From positions 4,127-68,126 of the forward strand of contig CAJQPP010000032.1 in NCBI GenBank assembly GCA_905480235.1: a stretch of DNA of 64,000 nucleotides. The letters run 5' to 3'. The notes below the pieces were generated by a model. It saw only the letters and a program-made list of their open reading frames with translations. It did no database searches and had not been told where the DNA came from. The position numbers were made by a program, and so were the translations under genes. Shown piece after piece: positions 10,001 to 18,592 of this stretch (within the stretch, counting starts at the first letter, position 1; every line of letters begins with the position of its first letter). This stretch comes from an uncultured Pirellulaceae bacterium. GTDB lineage: Bacteria > Planctomycetota > Planctomycetia > Pirellulales > Pirellulaceae.

Positions 10001-10970
10001 GCAATTGTCGGGCAGGAATACCATTTTGGAAGCGGTCCGCGGTGAGTTACGGTTCGAGGATTCGAAACAACCCGAAGTGTTGATGGAATTGGAACCCTTC
10101 TCGTTGCAGGCTGGATTTACTCAAGCAGATGTGAACGTGACAGGTTACGAGGTCGTGGTGCCACCGGAAGTGACCAGTGATTTACAAGATCGCCTGAATT
10201 CGTTGCTGCCCAAGGTCAGCCAGGCTGCACAGGCTGAACCGGTACCGTTTTTAGATAACCCGGGGTTCGAGCCAATCGGCATCGATGCCGAGGGACCGCA
10301 GAAATTTGGTTGGTCGTACGATAACCGCGTGCAGGAAGCCATCTCGCTGAAACAGGAAAATGTATTGCAAGGTAAAACTTGCCTCACCATGGTCAGCGAA
10401 GGCGAGCCGACCTGGGTGAGAAGTAATAAATTTAGTGCACCCGAAACTGGCCGCTTGTCGGTTTCGGTGATGATCCGATCGGATCACCCGGACGCGCAAC
10501 CACCGTTGCGCATCTCGTTGTTAGGGGATGATGGGCGGCACGTTTACTATCGCTACGGCAGCATCATTGGCCAGTCACGTAAGATTTCGCGGGAGTGGCA
10601 GGAATTCGCGGTGCACTTTGATGACTTGCCGCTCAATCAAACGCGTGGCGAATTACAAATTGGCTTTGACTTAATGGCGGCCGGTCACGTGGATATTGAC
10701 CAAGTTCGCATCTTCGATCGTTGGTTGGATGGGCAAGATAGTCGGGCTTTGACCCAGCTATTGGCCCTCGCTGGATATCAACTGAGCGACAAACAGAATG
10801 TGGATCGCTGTCGCCGCATCCTAGAGGGATATTGGCCTCGTTTTCTGGAAGAATTTTTCCCCGAACCGGGGACAGAAGCCGAGGGTCCAGAGGCATCTAC
10901 CACAAACCGTTCAGCTCGAACGCCTCAATTGCCCGCAAATACCACCGAATCGGTATCTCCTAAGCACTAA
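7047..10970 (+). CDS. very large secreted hypothetical protein (about 1300 aa)
   Basis: This is a single long ORF with coding-like composition. A GTG at 7047 gives a classic signal peptide (VRERIQRCALGLACFSLVLSGALPTYGQ). The maximal ORF begins at GTG 6921. The central region (YLKANGYSAAMVVVAGDGSALYPSQL...LIPVFHFNAP) is vaguely glycoside-hydrolase TIM-barrel-like. The C-terminal region is CBM-like (GFEP..GWSYDN...HVDIDQVRIFD). These domain calls are weak. Confidence 0.7.
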   Translation: MRERIQRCALGLACFSLVLSGALPTYGQGESVEAVAPTKLEPQPSTQPSAQESTQQSAQRYRLRIVWGGGAATPWQGSLVMSSGRFEAITTLGFESDSGASLNANGNELKIRPVRRSDFGGFDIDIVGSQTNELLLTLLAPELGVGIERQVVDLSPLLEPARQNESLQIPLDDSGNRLDINRAPGDRLPVVISREHLVFEPGEDFEFDLRPFRGTSDSHFRSNLQVEVFGEDPSRAEFEAAFPLQREGGYFRTEAPIRFPVPEREGVYEVRLTLRDETLVTRLNFNRQKLSRTMQLVVVAQEVVDEAEQLEEIVLWNEVFNSDETRNPWLDRIPGVPQIRNASSSSALNTLRNEGVAAETVDGKNWVRFAPGGWQAIPLQIDELGKPHIIEVEFLDDGPMAVGVSVLQPDAAGQVEPFGIDSGISIPRPQGATAPVVRRHRIFFWPEHEKPYLLFANRHAEASASIGTIRVLAGPDELAAAMDASDALGEMPASGRRQFVSFYEKPLFAENFAAPKAFDGTTGQSWHDWNTFLTGAERWAQYLKANGYSAAMVVVAGDGSALYPSQLMQPNPRYDSGIFSPGGTDPMRKDVVEMLLRVFAREGLQLIPVFHFNAPLPALEQQRLVAGDTADGITLFDLQGDSRINTLRDAASSVSIYNPLDRRVQTAWSDVMQEFMDRYRDHGTSLGGVGFLYSKDTVQVLPGQSWGSDPVTLQRFQQDMEWAKDADVDWFARLLNSENREAWLTWRQTEMSHWMAELQEICRTSGPVYLLGGNLFETQDAFSALAPSLRRSGDMQDAMARIGLPVQRIAEDPSLVFLQPGELSPEKSLAENRLNIQLNQTGEVTRLFREFENSGMLFSHRYSWAEFDQLKNRRMFGKLQQQSPMRLQPLTPVGAWNRQHLARSIADHDSQFLVEGGWLTGFGQEEHLLPLVEVFTQLPNVRFLEVPFDEATQPQVGVIMRQVIVGDRNWFYAVNPTPWRLTCRMQLSGRNTILEAVRGELRFEDSKQPEVLMELEPFSLQAGFTQADVNVTGYEVVVPPEVTSDLQDRLNSLLPKVSQAAQAEPVPFLDNPGFEPIGIDAEGPQKFGWSYDNRVQEAISLKQENVLQGKTCLTMVSEGEPTWVRSNKFSAPETGRLSVSVMIRSDHPDAQPPLRISLLGDDGRHVYYRYGSIIGQSRKISREWQEFAVHFDDLPLNQTRGELQIGFDLMAAGHVDIDQVRIFDRWLDGQDSRALTQLLALAGYQLSDKQNVDRCRRILEGYWPRFLEEFFPEPGTEAEGPEASTTNRSARTPQLPANTTESVSPKH

Positions 10971-11155
10971 TCGTTCAAACTTGCTTTGAATGTATGGCTT
11001 TCAAAAAAATTTGCATCGGTTGAATCCAGAGCGTCTTGGGCAGCGAAAGCTCTTTAGAATCGCGAGAAAACAGAATGCGTCCCGTGGCCACGGCACCTTT
11101 TAATCGTGAAACAAAGCAACAACAACTATCAACTCGAAAATTTGGAAAAAGAACA

Positions 11156-11683
11156 ATGAAGAAATTTTCTTTCGCAATCGCAGCCGTCGCAGTAGCACTG
11201 ATGTCCACCAACGCAATGGCACAGGAATGCCCCTCGCAGAAGCGAATGAACACACAGTTGACTTCGGCACCAGCCGCCGTCAAAGCCAAGGACGACATCG
11301 TCACCACCGCAGTCAAAGCTGGTTCTTTCAAGACCCTAGCCGCTGCCCTGACCGCTGCTGATCTCGTAGGTGCATTGCAAGGCGATGGTCCATTCACCGT
11401 ATTTGCTCCGACCGACGAAGCTTTCGCAGCTTTGCCAGAAGGTACCGTTGCAGCTTTGTTGAAGCCAGAGAACAAAGCCAAATTGCAAGCAATCCTGAAA
11501 TACCACGTTGTACCCGGCAAAATCATGGCTGGTGACGTGCTGAAAGCCATGGAAGTAGAGACTTTGGAAGGTTCCAAGGCTCCCATCGGTCTGACCATCG
11601 GTGGTGCAAATATCGTAAAAACCGACATTGATTGCTCAAATGGCGTGATTCACGTCATCGATCGTGTTATCATTCCTGAGTAG
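11156..11683 (+). CDS. fasciclin (FAS1) domain secreted protein
   Basis: It has a signal peptide ([23 protein letters not shown]). FAS1 motifs follow: [48 protein letters not shown] and [14 protein letters not shown]. The longer ORF from 11036 has no support. Confidence 0.88.
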   Translation: MKKFSFAIAAVAVALMSTNAMAQECPSQKRMNTQLTSAPAAVKAKDDIVTTAVKAGSFKTLAAALTAADLVGALQGDGPFTVFAPTDEAFAALPEGTVAALLKPENKAKLQAILKYHVVPGKIMAGDVLKAMEVETLEGSKAPIGLTIGGANIVKTDIDCSNGVIHVIDRVIIPE

Positions 11684-11708
11684 TTAAGGGAAGGATCTAG
11701 CCTCCCTT

Positions 11709-12320
11709 ATGTTGCTAGTTCAAAATAGATTCCGCAAGGAAGCTGAAGCACGAGTGTCAGAATCCCTGCTTGAAAAGATAGCGAGTGGCGACAGGTCCGC
11801 AGTATCCGATTGTGTCAATCGATACGGCGGGCTTGTCTGGTCACTTGCACGCCGCTTCACTGGATCCCAGGCTGACGCCGAAGATGCGGTCCAGGAGATT
11901 TTTATATCTTTATGGAAGTCGGCAGAACGTTTTGATAGCACAAAAAGCTCGGAAACGACCTTTGTCGCCATGATCGCCAGGCGACGGCTAATCGATTTGA
12001 ATCGCAAGCGGCAGACCGCATCGAGAGCGATTCCTTCGCAACCGATTGAATCGTCCGAACCTGTCACCGTAAGTGATCCCACCGCACAGGTTGAATTGTC
12101 CGATGATGCCACCGAGGCATTGAGAGTCTTGCACGAACTGCCGAATGATCAGCAAGAAGCCATAAAGTTGTCCGTCTACAGCGGACTGACACACATACAA
12201 ATCGCTGAGCGGATGAATCTTCCACTTGGCACCATTAAAACACATATCCGTCGCGGCCTCGTCAGGGTTCGCGAAAAACTCAATCAATCCGTCGTAGTCA
12301 ATCAGGGAGGATCTTCATAA
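11709..12320 (+). CDS. ECF-type RNA polymerase sigma factor (sigma-70 regions 2 and 4)
   Basis: Region 2 is DAEDAVQEIFISLWKSAERFD...FVAMIARRRLIDL. Region 4 HTH is LPNDQQEAIKLSVYSGLTHIQIAERMNLPLGTIKTHIRRGLVRVREKL. It lies 25 nt downstream of the fasciclin gene. Confidence 0.9.
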   Translation: MLLVQNRFRKEAEARVSESLLEKIASGDRSAVSDCVNRYGGLVWSLARRFTGSQADAEDAVQEIFISLWKSAERFDSTKSSETTFVAMIARRRLIDLNRKRQTASRAIPSQPIESSEPVTVSDPTAQVELSDDATEALRVLHELPNDQQEAIKLSVYSGLTHIQIAERMNLPLGTIKTHIRRGLVRVREKLNQSVVVNQGGSS

Positions 12321-13192
12321 TGTCGACATCTCCCTCCTCGTTAAGAGACTACTGCGACGATCTATTGGTCCAAAAAGCGGTCTATGGTCTAGCACCTGCG
12401 GAAAATCAGGAACTGGACAGCATCATGGATCGGTTGCATCTGACCGATGAAGCTAATTTCGAAGCGGTTGTCGCTGCGTTGGACTCAGGCTTTGCCGGCA
12501 CAGAGCTTGCCGAATGGGATGCGGAGTTACCGACCCATTTGCAAGATCAAGTCTTAACCGAAGCCGCAGACTATCTCGACGATCCATCCCCAATTTCCAA
12601 TCCAGCATCGCGGCCCGCGAATCCGGCTGCGACCTCGCTGGTGACACCGCGTTCGAATATGCCTCGCAGCGGTTGGAGCTCTCGTGAAAGATTGCTTGGC
12701 TTGGTAACAGTAGCCAGCTTAGCGTTGGCGTTGCTATCCCTGTCTGGAAGTCTGGGATCGATTGAGCAACCAACGGCACCCGTGCAGGTAGCTCAAACCT
12801 CCGCCCAACAGCTGGTTTCATTGACGGCACAGACCGACACAAGAAGATTTGTCTGGAGTAATCCAACAAATGATCCCGCCGTATCTGATTTGGGCGGCGA
12901 AGTCGTTTGGAACGACGCAGAGCAAAAGGGTTTCATGGTGTTCGAAGGCTTACAGATCAACGATCCCACTCAAAAACAGTATCAGCTCTGGATCTTTGAT
13001 ACCGCTCGCAACGACGCTTTGCCCGTGGACGGCGGTGTTTTTGATATTTCCTCTACCGGTCAAGTAATCATCCCGATCGATAGCAAGCTGTCGATCACGC
13101 AGGCCAAAGCATTCGCAGTCACTCTGGAAGAACCGGGTGGAGTGGTTCAATCTCAACGAGAACGGCTGCCTTTGTTGGCAGGCGAAATCTAA
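12320..13192 (+). CDS. anti-sigma factor, RskA-like (anti-sigma-K C-terminal domain)
   Basis: Its start overlaps the sigma gene stop (ATAATG). It has a single central TM helix (LLGLVTVASLALALLSL). The C-terminal extracytoplasmic domain, YQLWIFD...LPVDGGVFD...AKAFAVTLEEPGGV, is typical of RskA. Confidence 0.78.
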   Translation: MSTSPSSLRDYCDDLLVQKAVYGLAPAENQELDSIMDRLHLTDEANFEAVVAALDSGFAGTELAEWDAELPTHLQDQVLTEAADYLDDPSPISNPASRPANPAATSLVTPRSNMPRSGWSSRERLLGLVTVASLALALLSLSGSLGSIEQPTAPVQVAQTSAQQLVSLTAQTDTRRFVWSNPTNDPAVSDLGGEVVWNDAEQKGFMVFEGLQINDPTQKQYQLWIFDTARNDALPVDGGVFDISSTGQVIIPIDSKLSITQAKAFAVTLEEPGGVVQSQRERLPLLAGEI

Positions 13193-13196
13193 TCGC

Positions 13197-13961
13197 TCAG
13201 GCATTCTCTGAGATGATGGTGATAATGACTGCGATCACCAACAGACTTGCGCCAGCCAAGCGTATGTACATTGTCTTCTTGGGCATCTTCAACTCGTTAC
13301 CGCCAAAATAGTTGGCCAACGTCCATGCGAAGATCACGCCCCATAAGCCGCGTAGGCTGTAGATCACGTTGATCGTATCTGCTCGAGCAAACGTGGATAC
13401 GGAATAGACCAGCAGAGCTGCTTGAATCGCCACGAGCAAACTGCCGAGCGAAAGACTTTTCCACCGTTTTTTTCGCAACTCTGCCAGGGGAGTCGCGATT
13501 TTTAAAAAGCCGAGGGAAAAGATTCCCACGAACCAAAAAGAGACGGTGGCCAGATAACCAGTGCCCCAGTGGGGCGTGAAAGACTGCACGGAGAGGTCGA
13601 ACAGTGCAAAACAACTTGCACCCGAGAAGGCCAAACAGGCTGTGAGCAGCACGTTGGAGCGGCCTTGCTTGGGCACAAAGTAATTGATCAGAAATACACC
13701 GCTGGCAGCCAACAAGGCAGCCAGCCAGATCGCGTTAGGCGGTGTCGTGTGCGATGTGATGGTCATCAAAAAGGCCACCACAATGACTTTCAGACTGGCC
13801 ACAGGAGTAGCGACAGAGACGTCACCGACGCTGACCGATGTAAGGATTAAACTCTGGCCGATAATGTACAGCAACGCAATGCTGGCCGGCTGCCATAAAT
13901 AATGGATCCCGGGCCAGTTGCCACCTAGCACCAAAAACCCGGAAAAAAAGATAGCTGCCAA
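13197..13961 (-). CDS. EamA/DMT-superfamily-like integral membrane protein (start uncertain)
   Basis: It is a multi-TM hydrophobic ORF. The listed start is a TTG. The same frame stays open upstream to nt 14143 and encodes another TM-like segment, but with no ATG, GTG or TTG (see findings). Confidence 0.65.
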   Translation of the reverse strand: MAAIFFSGFLVLGGNWPGIHYLWQPASIALLYIIGQSLILTSVSVGDVSVATPVASLKVIVVAFLMTITSHTTPPNAIWLAALLAASGVFLINYFVPKQGRSNVLLTACLAFSGASCFALFDLSVQSFTPHWGTGYLATVSFWFVGIFSLGFLKIATPLAELRKKRWKSLSLGSLLVAIQAALLVYSVSTFARADTINVIYSLRGLWGVIFAWTLANYFGGNELKMPKKTMYIRLAGASLLVIAVIITIISENA

Positions 13962-14227
13962 GCTGTTGGCCAGAAAGATGGATGACCACGCATTGATACC
14001 AGAGCCCGTCGCCCGTTTGAGAAAAAGAGCCCCAAAGGTAAACAGCAGGCTGGCGGCAAAAGGGAATAAAAGATAGATCGTGAAACCTGGTTCGAGCAGA
14101 TGAGTATTCGCGAAGTCGATTTTTGCCGATAACGGAATTTTCGGCTATGGGCAGCACGGATATTTTCTCGACCCGATTGCCGATGCTAGGCATGCGAATT
14201 GGCACTCAAACCGTTACGGGAACAGCG

Positions 14228-15745
14228 TCAACGTTTCGCAAAGCGGGTCATTTCGCGAATGACCGGTGCCATGTCTTGCCAGCGATCTTGGTCACTGAGT
14301 TTCCAAGCCCAGTTTCCCTCCGCCGTGGCAGGCAGGTTCATCCGAGCCTCGTTGCCCAGTCCCAAATAATCTTGCATGGGAATGATCGCTGTATTGGCTT
14401 GGGAATTCAGAACAGTCTGTACCAGTTTCAGGTGCGTGGCACGCGTGGAGTCGGGATTCAGCCGGAGAGTTTCGTCCAGTAGGCGAAGGGTCGTTTCATC
14501 GTTGATTTCTAATTGGTTGTTATACCAACCGAAAATCGTTTCATTGTCGTGCGTGCCGGAATAGGCGAAGCAATGCTCGGGATAAAATTGGGGACGATGG
14601 AAATTATTATCCTCGGCACCAAATCCAAATTGCATGACCCGCATGGTGGGGAAGTCGAGAGCCGTACGCAGCTCGTTGACCGCTTCGGTAATCAGGCCCA
14701 GGTCTTCAGCCACAATCGGTAGGTCACCGAGTTCGGCTTCCGCCGCGCGAAACGGTTTCTCTCCCGGTCCGGTAACCCATTGCCCTTGGGTGGCATCCTC
14801 GGCGGCCGCGGGAATTTCCCAGTAGGCCTCAAATCCGCGGAAGTGATCGACGCGAATGATGTCAAATTGTGAAAGTGAACGTTGGAAACGTTGGTTCCAC
14901 CAACGGAAACCATCGGCTTCCATGACATCCCAACGGTAAAGCGGATTGCCCCACTTTTGACCAGTCGCACTGAAATAATCTGGAGGGACGCCCGCCACGA
15001 ACTCTGGTTGGCCGTCGGCGTCCAGTTGAAATTGACTTTGATGGGCCCACACATCGGCACTCTGGTTGTCGACAAAAATGGGTAGGTCACCGTAAATCTT
15101 GATCCCCAACTGATTGCATTGCCGCTTCAGTGACTGCCATTGCTGATCAAAAATAAATTGCTGGAATTGGGAGAAGCAGATGGCCTCCGCATGTTGTTTT
15201 TGGAAATCGATTAAGGCGGTCGGTTCACGTGCGCCCAGTTCCTTGGGCCATTGATTCCACTCGAAATTCCCACAAGCCCTACCGATGGCTTCAAAAAGCG
15301 AGAAGTCATCGAGCCAATACGCGTTATCGCGGCAGAAGTTTCGAAACGCGTCGTGCTCTGCTAATTCTGTGTGAACCTTGTGAAAGGCATGCGTAAAAAA
15401 CTGCTCGCGAATTTGTCGCGCCGCCAAGTAATCGACCGATGGTGAATTTGGTTCTAGCTCAAATTGGTTAACGATAGACTCCAGCACGGATGAATCGCCC
15501 CAATCCTGAGTCAGCATATCCTCTGGTGAGATTAAGTCGGCATTGCCAGCAAATACGGAGTAACTGCTGTACGGTGAATTGCCATTGGCTGGGGGGCAGA
15601 CCGGCAGGATTTGCCAGATTTTTTGGTCGCTGCGGTAGAGGAACGCGGCAAATTCGCGTGCCGAGGGGCCAAGGTCGCCGATTCCTAACCGACCAGGGAG
15701 GCTAGAGATGTGGAGTAAGATTCCTGCGGACCGGGGAAACTTCAT
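14228..15745 (-). CDS. malQ: 4-alpha-glucanotransferase (amylomaltase, GH77)
   Basis: RSAGILLHISSLPG..GIGDLG, WQILP, IRVDHFRGFEAYWEIP, VAEDLGLIT, MRVMQFGF and GTHDNET are the hallmark GH77 motifs. I chose the ATG at 15745 (MKFPRSAGILLH). The maximal ORF runs to 15853. Confidence 0.92.
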   Translation of the reverse strand: MKFPRSAGILLHISSLPGRLGIGDLGPSAREFAAFLYRSDQKIWQILPVCPPANGNSPYSSYSVFAGNADLISPEDMLTQDWGDSSVLESIVNQFELEPNSPSVDYLAARQIREQFFTHAFHKVHTELAEHDAFRNFCRDNAYWLDDFSLFEAIGRACGNFEWNQWPKELGAREPTALIDFQKQHAEAICFSQFQQFIFDQQWQSLKRQCNQLGIKIYGDLPIFVDNQSADVWAHQSQFQLDADGQPEFVAGVPPDYFSATGQKWGNPLYRWDVMEADGFRWWNQRFQRSLSQFDIIRVDHFRGFEAYWEIPAAAEDATQGQWVTGPGEKPFRAAEAELGDLPIVAEDLGLITEAVNELRTALDFPTMRVMQFGFGAEDNNFHRPQFYPEHCFAYSGTHDNETIFGWYNNQLEINDETTLRLLDETLRLNPDSTRATHLKLVQTVLNSQANTAIIPMQDYLGLGNEARMNLPATAEGNWAWKLSDQDRWQDMAPVIREMTRFAKR

Positions 15746-16022
15746 AACGGTTCCAAAAATACTATCCGAGACATTCCAGGTGCGGCCTATATCCGTTTGC
15801 AAACACCTTTCCTGGTGAACGTACGGTGACCTCCAATAAGTATCGGAGGTCACCTTTTCAGGGCCTCCGATTGTTTCGACCCAAATAAGCCACTGGAATC
15901 GTGGCGCTGGGGCAATATGGAATGCTTATCGGCAACTCTGCGATTTGGCGTTACTTAGTAACGCCAGCGGTGCCGGAATTATCTTGGGGGGCCGACACAC
16001 TGTCGACTTTTTTCTTGCCTCA

Positions 16023-16109
16023 TCAGCGTTTCGGCAGGTCGCCGGAACAGCCGACAAATGCGACGCTTCCGAGAAAAAGGACGGCCAGAAACCATGTGAT
16101 TTTTGACAT
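16023..16109 (-). CDS. possible 28-aa mini-lipoprotein (small ORF, not in the ORF track)
   Basis: The ORF encodes MSKITWFLAVLFLGSVAFVGCSGDLPKR. It has a signal peptide with a lipobox-like FVGC. GGAG lies 7 nt upstream of the ATG. It sits inside a 520-nt region otherwise free of ORFs. Confidence 0.3.
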   Translation of the reverse strand: MSKITWFLAVLFLGSVAFVGCSGDLPKR

Positions 16110-16375
16110 AATAATACTCCAAGCTGCGACTGACGGACTACGGACTTAGTTACAACCTCGAAATGAAAAACAACATTAACCGAGGAATTTCCCAGTGAAA
16201 AGTTAGGGACTGGTTAGTTCTAGCGAATGACTGGCATAAACTAGGGCTCTCGCAGGACAGGAAACCCCGCTTTTCATACCAGTCGGCGTTTAGATCGTGT
16301 GTGAACCATTTTAATAACTTGTGAAGCCAAGTGTTGGCTAATTTTCATTCCCAAAATCCTTTGTCTTAATCTGCT

Positions 16376-17599
16376 TTATCCTTCTGCGGACGGAATCTCA
16401 GGAGTGGATTCGAGTGGAGTAATTCCTAGCAATTCGTGTAATTGTTGTTCGACGGCCAACATTACGCTGTCGTGTTTGGTTTCGCGATCGCGTTTTGTGG
16501 GGACCGGAATGGCAGGGCCGATACGAACCTTTGCGGACATGGGACGGTGGATACGCGTGCTGCCTGTCAGGTCGAATTCAAATTTTTCCACGGTCTCCAA
16601 GAGACGCTCGGGCGTGGGGTTATTCTTGACGTAATCCGGTGCGTAATGCCCAAGTTGCTGGGCGAGGTTCATGTCATCTAACTGTTTCCAGCGTCGGTCT
16701 CGTTCTTCCTCGGTGACCTGGTCTTGAATCATTTCCCGCAGAATCACGAAACGTAATCTTTTAATACGACCGATCAACGAACCTTCGCGAACGCCCTCGA
16801 TCCATTCCTTTTCTAAGGGAACCAGAATGGTGTCGATAAGTTTTTGCAAACGTGCGGGAATCGCACCGAATTGAGGCTGCCCCAAATACTCAATTTCCTT
16901 CAGCCACAGCAGCGCTTCTCCGACTCGGTAGATGCGTTCTACGAGATCCGGATCTTGTTTGGGACGCCATGACAATTTACGTTCGACATCATCGAGGGTC
17001 GTGTGCAGCGCCTCATCAATGTCTCCATGAAAGTAATACCGAATCGCCAACGGATGCACGACGACTTGACCAGGCGGATTCAGGGCGGCGCGCTTTTTCG
17101 CTGCACCTCGCGTCACGAATGAAACCCCATCCATCAGCGAGAGCATGCGGTCGTTGGTTTTCGTAATGACACCTTCTGGGAAAATGATCAGTGGGCGTTT
17201 CGCTTCAGTCAGGATTTGCACACCGGCTTGCAGTGCCAGACGATCGAGCCCTTCTCGGTAAACACTGAAAGCACCTATTCGACGCAGAAAGAAACTCTGC
17301 AGTCGGCTTTGTTTAAATAAATGCCAACTGGCCATCGTGTGAGGTGCCTTTTTGGCACGGTGACAGACGAGGTTGGCAACCAAAGGGTCGGCCGGTCGAC
17401 AGTGGTTAGGTGCCAGCAGAACACCATGCCCGGCTTTGATCGAAGCCCGAAGATGTTCAAGCCCCTCGCACTTGAGCGAGGTGATGCCATAGCTTTTCCG
17501 TAAATCCCAGGGCATCAGCCAACTGATTCCACGGGCCCACAGGCTGCTGCGGTACGGTGGGACAAATTCGTACGGTTCATCAATGACGACCGAGGACAT
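16376..17599 (-). CDS. lysophospholipid/glycerol-phosphate acyltransferase family protein (PlsC-like) with a long C-terminal extension
   Basis: It has the HX4D catalytic motif (NHCRPAD) and a downstream IFPEG motif. The roughly 200-aa C-terminal region has unknown function. Confidence 0.75.
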   Translation of the reverse strand: MSSVVIDEPYEFVPPYRSSLWARGISWLMPWDLRKSYGITSLKCEGLEHLRASIKAGHGVLLAPNHCRPADPLVANLVCHRAKKAPHTMASWHLFKQSRLQSFFLRRIGAFSVYREGLDRLALQAGVQILTEAKRPLIIFPEGVITKTNDRMLSLMDGVSFVTRGAAKKRAALNPPGQVVVHPLAIRYYFHGDIDEALHTTLDDVERKLSWRPKQDPDLVERIYRVGEALLWLKEIEYLGQPQFGAIPARLQKLIDTILVPLEKEWIEGVREGSLIGRIKRLRFVILREMIQDQVTEEERDRRWKQLDDMNLAQQLGHYAPDYVKNNPTPERLLETVEKFEFDLTGSTRIHRPMSAKVRIGPAIPVPTKRDRETKHDSVMLAVEQQLHELLGITPLESTPEIPSAEG

Positions 17600-17845
17600 T
17601 GGGGTACCTAATCGGAGAATCGAATTAATTTTGCGGCGGCATGATAGCGAACCGATAAAGCGCGGGCGATGGCATTATTCGGAAAGTGAAAGCGGTGCTG
17701 GCAATTTGCGACTTCGCTAGGACTCAAAGCACAGTCTTTTCGGAGGGTGCCATCGGAAAGAGTAGCTAGGGTGCCCTAGGTTCTGCAGGTGTACGCTTTT
17801 TACCGACCGTACGCTATCTACGACAGGTTGAGGTGGTGTCGTGAA

Positions 17846-18298
17846 TCATGAGGATTTCGCTGCGGTCAACCAGCGATCGAGTGCATTGGCGAATGCTTGT
17901 CGATCCTTGTCATTAAATGCTGGCGGACCACCGGTCACTTGTCCTCCGCCCCTCAATTCATCCATGAGGTTTCGATGAGCCAGTCGCTCTCCGACATTGG
18001 CTTCGGTGTAGAGTTCGCCTCGTGGGTTGAGTGCTTGGCCGCCGGCTTCGACGACATCGGCCGCCAGTGGAATATCTGCCGTAATGACCAAGTCACCAGG
18101 TTGGGTTAATTCGACAATCCGGCGGTCAGCGACATTCATTCCCCAGCCCACTAATTCCGTTTTGATGTACTCCGATTGCGGGACGCGTACCGCTTGGTTG
18201 GCCACCAGCATTAAATGGATCTGGCGTTTTTTCGACGTGCGAAAAAGTAATTCCTTGATCACCGCCGGGCAAGCATCAGCGTCGATAAGAATCTGCAT
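17846..18298 (-). CDS. YaiI/YqxD family protein (UPF0178/DUF188)
   Basis: The sequence [11 protein letters not shown]...ADRRIVE...[13 protein letters not shown]...[10 protein letters not shown]...RL..R matches the conserved YaiI pattern, and the size is about 150 aa. Confidence 0.8.
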   Translation of the reverse strand: MQILIDADACPAVIKELLFRTSKKRQIHLMLVANQAVRVPQSEYIKTELVGWGMNVADRRIVELTQPGDLVITADIPLAADVVEAGGQALNPRGELYTEANVGERLAHRNLMDELRGGGQVTGGPPAFNDKDRQAFANALDRWLTAAKSS

Positions 18299-18592
18299 GA
18301 GTATGAACGATCACAATTCAGGAATAGGGTCCGGGGGGGGGTAGGTCTGATTCATTGAGCGGGTTCGACCATTGGGAATTAACTTGACACAACCTAATGC
18401 GGCTTGCAACGGAGTTTGGCACGGGTTCCTGAAAATTTTCACCTTCTAAATTGGGCGGCGGTACTAACCTGTGGCCAATGTGAACCATGAGGGTGCTGGT
18501 TGTGTGAGAGGTCGGGCCTAGAATTACAACTAACGATCGTACTGTCCCGCGAAAGAGAGCCGTTCGCACCCCCTTATTTGAAAGGTGACTCA

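Noticed and set aside
10975-11628. 217-aa ORF antisense to the fasciclin gene.
   Set aside because: The plus-strand frame has unmistakable FAS1 motifs and a signal peptide. The antisense frame is an Ala/Ser-rich mirror ORF.
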